In this document: positions 1 to 5,926 of the stretch, in pieces | Layout: each line of letters begins with the position of its first letter | Position numbering within the stretch: the first letter of the stretch is position 1 | Origin: Candidatus Zixiibacteriota bacterium | GTDB lineage: Bacteria; Zixibacteria; MSB-5A5; GN15; FEB-12 | NCBI GenBank assembly: GCA_041742355.1 | Contig: JBGSIV010000306.1 | Location: 1-10,107 of the forward strand | Direction: 5' to 3' | DNA length: 10,107 bases | Position numbers and translations under genes: made by a program | Notes under the pieces: model-generated | Told to the model about the DNA's origin: nothing | Seen by the model: only the letters and a program-made list of their open reading frames with translations | The model's database searches: none

Positions 1-1
1 C

Positions 2-949
2 CGCGACCGCCACGCCCTGGCCGGCATCCCGGTCGACAACCCCACCGCCGGGTACCGCGTCGTCTTCGGCGAGTCGGACAGCCTCCCCGGCGTCGTGGTC
101 GACCGCTACGCCGACATCCTTGTCGTGCAGTTCGCCACCGCCGGTGCCGAGTTGCTGCGACAGTCGGTGATCGACGCCCTGATCGATCTGTTTTCCCCGG
201 CCGCAATCTACGAACGATCCGATCTCCCCTCGCGCACCGAAGAAGGCCTCCCCGCGGCGTCCGGGCTACTCCACGGGACCATGCCCGAGAGCGTCGTCTT
301 TTTCGAGGACTCCCGCCGCTTCACCGCCGACATCACCGGCGGCCAGAAGACCGGCTTCTTCCTCGATCTGCGCGATACCCGCCGCGAGATATTCAACCTC
401 GCCCGCGGCCGGCGCGTGGTCGACCTCTTCTCCTACCGCGGAGCATCGGGAATTTCCGCCCTTGTCGGCGGTGCAGAGTCCGTCCACTGTGTCGACTCTT
501 CCGCCCCCGCCCTTGCCGCTGTCCTTCCGGAAGCACGACTGAACCAGGACGGCCCCAACTCGATCGATATCGGCAGCATCACGACCGAACAGGCCGACAT
601 TTTCCAGTGGCTCGGCGCACGCTCCGAACCGGAGTATGACATGGTTCTTCTCGACCCCCCCGCCCTGATCAAGTCGCACAAGCACTCCGACGAAGGCCGC
701 AAGGGATACCACTTCCTCAACCGCGCCGCTTTGCGCGTCCTGCGCGACCGGGGGATCCTCGTGACCTCGAGTTGTTCCCAGCACTTTTCTGAAGATGATT
801 TTCGTACAACTCTGCGCCGCGCGGCCGTGCAGGCGGGAGTCGATTTGCACTTGATTAAGATGGTGCGGCAGTCCCCCGACCACCCGATCGCCCTGAACTT
901 CCCGGAATCGTATTACCTGAAGTCGTTCATCTGCCAGGTGCGCCGGTAA
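2..949 (+). CDS. rlmI: Class I SAM-dependent rRNA methyltransferase, RlmI/YccW (m5C1962) family; 5' truncated by the window edge
   Basis: The frame is open from position 2, upstream of the ORF-track start at 95: ...GYRVVFGESDSLPGVVVDRY. Family motifs include GQKTGFFLD, SAM-binding DLFSY-G, LDPP and catalytic SSCS, with C-terminal DHP...FPESYYLK. Stop TAA at 947-949. Confidence 0.88.
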   Translation, partial: RDRHALAGIPVDNPTAGYRVVFGESDSLPGVVVDRYADILVVQFATAGAELLRQSVIDALIDLFSPAAIYERSDLPSRTEEGLPAASGLLHGTMPESVVFFEDSRRFTADITGGQKTGFFLDLRDTRREIFNLARGRRVVDLFSYRGASGISALVGGAESVHCVDSSAPALAAVLPEARLNQDGPNSIDIGSITTEQADIFQWLGARSEPEYDMVLLDPPALIKSHKHSDEGRKGYHFLNRAALRVLRDRGILVTSSCSQHFSEDDFRTTLRRAAVQAGVDLHLIKMVRQSPDHPIALNFPESYYLKSFICQVRR

Positions 950-967
950 ATGGTATCAGGTGCGGCA

Positions 968-1005
968 GCAAGTGGCGTCAGGTGTTCCCACCTGACGCCA
1001 CTTGC
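968..1005. repeat. Perfect 17-bp inverted repeat with 4-nt loop (REP-like palindrome or possible terminator hairpin)
   Basis: GCAAGTGGCGTCAGGTG (968-984), loop TTCC, CACCTGACGCCACTTGC (989-1005). It starts 18 nt after the rlmI stop and has no clear U-tract. Confidence 0.8.
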
Positions 1006-1013
1006 AGTATGTT

Positions 1014-1042
1014 GTAGGCCGGGAGTCCCTCTGACTCCCGCC
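1014..1042 (+). repeat. GTAG-type REP-like palindrome
   Basis: GTAG (1014-1017) is followed by stem CGGGAGTC (1020-1027), loop CCTCT and GACTCCCG (1033-1040). This is the GTAG+hairpin layout of REPs bound by RAYT transposases. Confidence 0.5.
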
Positions 1043-1075
1043 ATCGTCACTGATCCACCGGCGTCCAATTTGTTA

Positions 1076-1104
1076 TTGCACCCGGCTGCACCAACTTTTA
1101 TTTT
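1076..1104 (+). promoter_or_regulatory. Putative sigma70 promoter of the tRNA gene
   Basis: TTGCAC (1076-1081), a 17-nt spacer, then TATTTT (1099-1104), in an AT-rich patch 20 nt upstream of the tRNA. Confidence 0.6.
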
Positions 1105-1124
1105 GCCGTGTAGAACAACTGAAT

Positions 1125-1198
1125 GCCCCCGTAGCTCATCTGGATAGAGCATCTGCCTTCTAAGCAGAGGGTAGCAGGTTCGAGTCCTGCCGGGGGTA
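1125..1198 (+). tRNA. tRNA-Arg (anticodon UCU); CCA not encoded
   Basis: Cloverleaf: acceptor GCCCCCG/CGGGGGT; D arm GCTC-ATCTGGATA-GAGC; anticodon arm TCTGC-CTTCTAA-GCAGA (TCT at 1159-1161); T arm GCAGG-TTCGAGT-CCTGC; discriminator A1198. Confidence 0.97.
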
Positions 1199-1239
1199 CT
1201 TCTTCCGCGCCGCCAGGCCACGGCCGCAATCTCCCCCCT

Positions 1240-1638
1240 TCAGATAAAACTGATCGTCTTCGTCGCCCCGGCGACTATGTAGCAGCGTTCCGTGTTCGAG
1301 CCTGAATCCGCAGGCATGAGGAAAAACCCCGGGCGTCCGGGTTGATAACCGGTCGTCGTACCGATCAGAACCTCGCCGTCCTTAAACTCCACGCGAATCT
1401 TGCGCCCGGCCGGGGGGCGCGACGGCTCAAATTCATTTGAGTCGACATGTTGCGAGTCCCCCGCAAAGTCCTTTACGAAGAACAGCGCTTTCAATTCGCT
1501 CGTGTGTATCTCTATAGGCTTTGCTCCGGCCGTTTCGGTCATCACGTTCAAGTGAAAGACTTCTTTTGCCGGGACGAAATCGGCGGTCGTGCCTTTGACT
1601 ACTCTACCGTCGGCGAACCGCGCCACCACCTTGTTCAC
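1240..1638 (-). CDS. Conserved hypothetical protein, DUF6982-like, 132 aa, with two internal repeats
   Basis: GTG start with an AAGGAG RBS (complement of 1645-1650). Repeated unit K-V-x-F-x-DG-x-x-x-G-T-T at KVVARFADGRVVKGTT and KIRVEFKDGEVLIGTT, plus a GFFLMPAD..SN.ER motif recalled for DUF6982. Confidence 0.8.
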   Translation of the reverse strand: MNKVVARFADGRVVKGTTADFVPAKEVFHLNVMTETAGAKPIEIHTSELKALFFVKDFAGDSQHVDSNEFEPSRPPAGRKIRVEFKDGEVLIGTTTGYQPGRPGFFLMPADSGSNTERCYIVAGATKTISFI

Positions 1639-2150
1639 AGCTGTCTCCTTTCCAAGTGCGAAGGCAACACGATACTCCTCGGACCTGCTTCTCTGCCGCC
1701 AGTGATACCATTGCCTGAGAGACAGGGCGGTCCAGGCAGGTCTTCAGTCCATCATCATTATCGGCATTAAGAGAGGACCACTTTGGCTATCAGTTGGAAC
1801 AGCGAAGCGGTCCGGAACCGTTCTGCCGACTCGCCCGACCATAATGCGGCACAACGAATTGCGCTTGGCAAGACGTTGTCTGTCCATGATGGGAGGGGCT
1901 GAAGACGTTTGATATACGTGACGAATCCGTTGGATCGAGTGTAATGCCGCCTACCGAGGCTCGGCAAATCGGGTGGAACATTTCGGCGACTAAAACCCGA
2001 CGCAATCGCGGCTTGCTCTCCGGCCCGTGCTCCTGACACCGGGAGCGGTTCGCATGTGGATCAAGGATCCTGTAGACCAAGAAACTTCTATGGCGGCCGC
2101 AACGTTTGTCGCGTATATTGCCGACAACGCAGAATCTCCAGGAGGATCCA

Positions 2151-3077
2151 ATGATTACAACTCCCTCGCCAGTCCACCGGCGTTACACGTCGATATTCGC
2201 CCTCGGCCTGTTAGCGCTTCTCAACTTCGGTTGCGGCGATGATTCCAAGTCCACTGGTGGGGGCAACCAGAATCAACCCGTGAGGGTGACGATTCCGCTC
2301 GATTCCGCCCTCGTCGACGTTCCACTGCTTGCCAACCAGACCACCACGATTCCGCTCGCGCTCTATCTGCCGCCCGGCTTGAAAGTGGTGGACAGCGTGG
2401 AGATCGACGTTGCCGCGACGATGGAACACGTGGAGGCCTCGCTTTCAGGCCGAGTCTCCGCTCTGAAGCGCCTGGCTCTGCTGGTTCCCGGTCAGGCTGT
2501 CGCACAGGCCATAGTCCGGATCTCCGACAATCCCGAAACCGTCTGCGATGAGGGTGCAGCCTACGGCCCGTACCAGATCACTGCGACGTCACTCGGTAAC
2601 CCCGACCCCGAAAACATCGCGTTGGCTGGCTCTAGCATGGAGGTCATCAACGCCGGGACCACTTATCTGTGCCTGGAGATTGTCTCGACCGAAGATGCTA
2701 TGTTCAGCCTGGATGAAGTCGAGGCCCTCGTCACTCAGCACGATTGCGACTTTCCGGCTAACCTCGCCGGCCTGTGGCTTGGAACTTACCAGTGTGGCAA
2801 TTCCTGCGGCGAACCATTCGGCGGCGACGTCGATCTCACGATCACCCAGACCGGAACCACCGCCAGCTACACCGATGGAGGCGGCGATGTATACAACGGA
2901 TATGTCTGCGGCAACCAGTTCCGCTTCGAACGCATCGACCCTGATGAAATCGAACGCGGGACGCTCACCCTCATCGATGCGAATCATGCGGTGAAGCGAT
3001 CAACCTGGCGCGGTCGGACCTTTCCCTTCTGTCACGGCAACTGCCTTGACACTCTGGTTCGCGCAGAAGCGAAGTAG
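2151..3077 (+). CDS. Putative Cys-rich lipoprotein (308 aa) of unknown function
   Basis: ATG 2151 has a strong AGGAGG RBS just upstream and is preferred over the track start at 2106. The N-terminus has a basic n-region (HRR), a hydrophobic h-region (IFALGLLALL), a lipobox-like NFG|C and a GDDSKSTGGG linker. Confidence 0.75.
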   Translation: MITTPSPVHRRYTSIFALGLLALLNFGCGDDSKSTGGGNQNQPVRVTIPLDSALVDVPLLANQTTTIPLALYLPPGLKVVDSVEIDVAATMEHVEASLSGRVSALKRLALLVPGQAVAQAIVRISDNPETVCDEGAAYGPYQITATSLGNPDPENIALAGSSMEVINAGTTYLCLEIVSTEDAMFSLDEVEALVTQHDCDFPANLAGLWLGTYQCGNSCGEPFGGDVDLTITQTGTTASYTDGGGDVYNGYVCGNQFRFERIDPDEIERGTLTLIDANHAVKRSTWRGRTFPFCHGNCLDTLVRAEAK

Positions 3078-3092
3078 ATCGGCGAGATTTCG

Positions 3093-3129
3093 ACTATAAG
3101 GCAGGTAGTTATTACCGCCTGCCTTTAGT
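3093..3129. terminator. Hairpin between convergent genes, possible bidirectional terminator
   Basis: AAGGCAGG (3098-3105) pairs with CCTGCCTT (3118-3125), extendable by ACTA/TAGT across one bulge. It lies between stops at 3077(+) and 3210(-). U-tracts are short. Confidence 0.45.
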
Positions 3130-3209
3130 ATAACATGACGAGCGCACAACTCGGCCGTCAGTTTTGCGGCCGGCTGCTACCACCGAATAATGACCGTGCA
3201 GCTTCACGA

Positions 3210-3797
3210 CTATCTCTTCTGCGCCTCCCCCTGCAGTTTCCTCGTCCACGCCGCCAGATTGTCCAGCAGCTTCACAATCAGCTTCTTCGAGGTCTCATCC
3301 GTCAGGTTCAACTGCTTGTCGAACTTCTTCGCCGCCTGCCCGATCATCACTTCGGGACGGTTCACCGGATACATATTCAGAAATACGAACATCTGCCGCA
3401 GGTGATACTGTGCGCGGCCGGTTCCCAGCATCCCAATTGAGGCCCCCATCACCGCCACCGGCTTCCCCTCCCACGCGCTGTCGCCGTAGGGCCGCGAGGC
3501 CCAGTCGATCGCGTTTTTCAGTACTCCCGGCACCGAGTAGTTGTACTCCGGCGTCACCAGCAGAATCGCCTCGGCCTCCCGAATCCGGCGCTTCAGCTCC
3601 ACCACTTTCTCCGGCGGGGTCTTCTCGATGTCCTCGTTGAATCCCGGAATCCCGTCGATCTCGCAAATCTCCACTGTCACGCTCGGCGGCGCCAACTCCC
3701 GGGCCGCCCGCAACGCCGCCCGGTTGAATGACGCTCGCCGCAAACTGCCCGCGATTCCCAGCACCCGCACCGGACTGGTACTCTGAGTGTCTGCCAT
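3210..3797 (-). CDS. NAD(P)H-dependent FMN reductase / chromate-quinone reductase (ChrR/YieF, flavodoxin-like), 195 aa
   Basis: Motifs GIAGSLRRASFN and TPEYNYSVPGVLKNAIDWASRP, plus GKPVA..GAS.G..G..RAQ.HLRQ. RBS AAAGGA upstream. Confidence 0.93.
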   Translation of the reverse strand: MADTQSTSPVRVLGIAGSLRRASFNRAALRAARELAPPSVTVEICEIDGIPGFNEDIEKTPPEKVVELKRRIREAEAILLVTPEYNYSVPGVLKNAIDWASRPYGDSAWEGKPVAVMGASIGMLGTGRAQYHLRQMFVFLNMYPVNRPEVMIGQAAKKFDKQLNLTDETSKKLIVKLLDNLAAWTRKLQGEAQKR

Positions 3798-4200
3798 CGA
3801 ACTTTCCTTTCCTTTTCGTGCGACGTCCCTGCGCTGAATGTCCTGCTTGCCGACGGAACATCATCGGCGATAGAACGCCCCGGTTCTTCTGGCTTATTCT
3901 CTTGAAATCTACGAAGAACTCGGAGGAAACAGCAACCCCGAAACGCCTCTTCTCCGCCTCACGACAACGCACCGAACTCGCTGTCCGGGAATTCTTTAGC
4001 CGTCCCCTTCCACCTCCGCCTGCGACCATGGAGTATGGGAACCATTCTTCAGGCGATTTGTTGAACAGGCACAGCATACGACCAGATTACCCCACGCAGA
4101 TGAATGTGCCGAAGAGAGCAATCGGGGAATGACCGCCCGACTGTGCCGCAGCATCATGCCCAAAACTGCGTCGGACGGCCGCGAATTTGGGAGCGAACAT

Positions 4201-4494
4201 ATGGCCCACCATAAAGGCGACGAAGAGCACGATCCCTCGTCCCGGACGACCACCGACATCAGCGAAATCATGCGGTGGACACTGGAGCGAGGCGGCACCC
4301 CCGCCGTGGTGCAACGCGACGGCGAGACCGTGCCGATTCTGCGTCTCGATTTCGGGGAGAAAGAACCGTCGCTGAAGCACATTTTCTGGGACGAATTCAA
4401 GGACATCTTTGAGGCGAACAAACTGAAATTCCTCTACCAGGAGCACGTGAAATCCGGCCAGATGAGCCGTTTCTGTAAGTTCATAGCAAGGTAG
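4201..4494 (+). CDS. Small conserved hypothetical protein (97 aa)
   Basis: ATG 4201 with a GGGAG RBS (preferred over 4129). The pattern TTD..EI.RW..ERGG.PA.V...LR.DF...L..I.WDEF...FE..KL.FLYQE...SRF.K matches a widespread uncharacterised small-protein family as I recall it. Confidence 0.75.
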   Translation: MAHHKGDEEHDPSSRTTTDISEIMRWTLERGGTPAVVQRDGETVPILRLDFGEKEPSLKHIFWDEFKDIFEANKLKFLYQEHVKSGQMSRFCKFIAR

Positions 4495-4521
4495 GAAAAC
4501 GGAAAGAGGCAGGCATAGCAC

Positions 4522-4719
4522 ATGGGAAAAGCCAAATCACAAGATCAGCAGATAGCGGCGGGGATTGCCCTTGCAGTCAAACGGGGCGAAAAGCCCAAAT
4601 CGACGCTCCAGGGCGCTTCAGAACAAATGTATGAATCGATGTCCGAAGCCGAACTCGCCGAACTGGCCAGAGGGAGCCGGAAGGGCAAACCCCGGGACAT
4701 CGACGACAAGAACCGCTGA
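4522..4719 (+). CDS. DUF3008 family protein (65 aa)
   Basis: AKSQDQQIAAGIALAVKRGE...LQGASEQMYESMSEAELAELA...RKGKP matches the DUF3008 pattern AKS.AQQ.AAG.AL.AKRG...L.GAS..MY.SM...EL. Confidence 0.85.
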   Translation: MGKAKSQDQQIAAGIALAVKRGEKPKSTLQGASEQMYESMSEAELAELARGSRKGKPRDIDDKNR

Positions 4720-4922
4720 GCGCCCACCCTCGCTCTTCCCCCCGCCAAACATTAGAAGCAGTAGTGGTCGCGCCTCGCCGCTTCACCCTTTGTAGCGAGT
4801 GATTTGAACACCGTGGACATAGTCCTCGGTGAAAAGTACCGAGCCGGGGCTGACGGGGGCGTACGCGCTCCGAGGACCCTCAGTCCGCGGCACAAGGAAC
4901 CCCTTGACGGAAAGCTGGACCT

Positions 4923-5912
4923 GTGACGAAACAGAAAACAATCCTCACTTGGCATATCCACGGCAACTACCTCTATTACCTGACCCACACCCCGCATACG
5001 TTCATCCTGCCGGTGAAACCGGGACGACCCGAGGGCTACTGCGGTAAGACCGCCAATTTCGACTGGGGACCGAACGTCATCGAGGTTCCGGCCGACGAAG
5101 TGAAAAACCTCGACCTCGATGCGATCGTCTACCAGTCCGAGAAGAACTTCACCCACGACCAGCATGAGATCCTCTCCGAAGACCAGCGGCTACTCCCCCG
5201 CTACTACATCGAGCACAACCCCCCTCAGATTCATCCGACCAACACCCGGCACCCCGGCACCGCCGATCCGCAGGTCACCATTGTCCATGTCACCAGCTAC
5301 AACCGTCTCATGTGGGACAACGGCGACAATCCCACCGTCGTCATCGAACACGGCGTCACCACGCCCCGGGGTATTTCCTATACCGGCGAACTCCCCCGCG
5401 GCGTAGTCATTATCAACAATATCAGCGACCGCGGCCGGCGGCTGGGGTTGGATGTCTTCCAGACCGCCCGCGCCGAGGTTCCGCTCGACATCATCGGCAT
5501 GAATGCCAACAAGGTCGGCGGCCTCGGGGAGGTCCCGTACCGGAAGCTTCCCATGTTTATCTCCCGCTACCGCTTCCTCTTCACCCCAATCCGGTACAGC
5601 AGTCTCGGGCTGTCCATCTGCGAAGCGATGATGGTCGGCCTGCCCGTGATCGGGCTGGCTACCACCGAACTTGGCACGATTATCAAGAACGGCCGAACCG
5701 GTTATGTCCACACCAACGTCGGCACCCTCATCAAGCGTATGCGCCAGTTGCTGGTTATGCCGGAGAAAGCGCGTCGCATGTCCCGCTTTGCCCGCCAGTA
5801 CGCCCGCCGCCGATTCGGTATCGAACGATTCGCCCGCAACTGGGCGACCCTGCTGGAGTCGGGATCTCTCGACCACCGGCTGACCCGCGAGGACCGGAGT
5901 TACCTGGCCTGA
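4923..5912 (+). CDS. GT-B fold glycosyltransferase family 4 (atypical), 329 aa
   Basis: GTG start, with an in-frame stop at 4905-4907 that excludes extension. N-terminal ILTWHIHGNYLYYL. C-terminal GT4 signature SLGLSICEAMMVGLPVIG...I.NG.TGY and 'A...F...RF...W'. Confidence 0.88.
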   Translation: MTKQKTILTWHIHGNYLYYLTHTPHTFILPVKPGRPEGYCGKTANFDWGPNVIEVPADEVKNLDLDAIVYQSEKNFTHDQHEILSEDQRLLPRYYIEHNPPQIHPTNTRHPGTADPQVTIVHVTSYNRLMWDNGDNPTVVIEHGVTTPRGISYTGELPRGVVIINNISDRGRRLGLDVFQTARAEVPLDIIGMNANKVGGLGEVPYRKLPMFISRYRFLFTPIRYSSLGLSICEAMMVGLPVIGLATTELGTIIKNGRTGYVHTNVGTLIKRMRQLLVMPEKARRMSRFARQYARRRFGIERFARNWATLLESGSLDHRLTREDRSYLA

Positions 5913-5926
5913 GGAACAATGACTGT

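Noticed and set aside
1170..1200. Possible attL/attR duplication of the tRNA 3' end marking an integrated element
   Set aside because: I found no second copy and no integrase in the window.
1945..2005. GGCAAA-TCGGGT...ACCCGA-CGCAA resembling the P2 arm of a c-di-GMP-I riboswitch
   Set aside because: It lacks the GAAA tetraloop geometry and the downstream AAAGC...CUAA receptor/P3 elements. An Infernal search with the Rfam c-di-GMP-I model would settle it.
1767..2242. Short ORFs in the spacer between the DUF6982-like and lipoprotein genes
   Set aside because: No RBS, no motifs, and mutually overlapping. More likely non-coding.
3295..4132. 260-aa (-) and 134-aa (+) ORFs spanning the FMN reductase and its upstream region
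   Set aside because: They overlap a well-supported gene and give low-complexity off-frame translations.
5312..5926. N-terminal 205 aa of the 831-aa ORF-track protein
   Set aside because: It overlaps the upstream GT4 in another frame and gives an Arg/Pro-rich off-frame translation. Homology and the RBS begin at ATG 5927.
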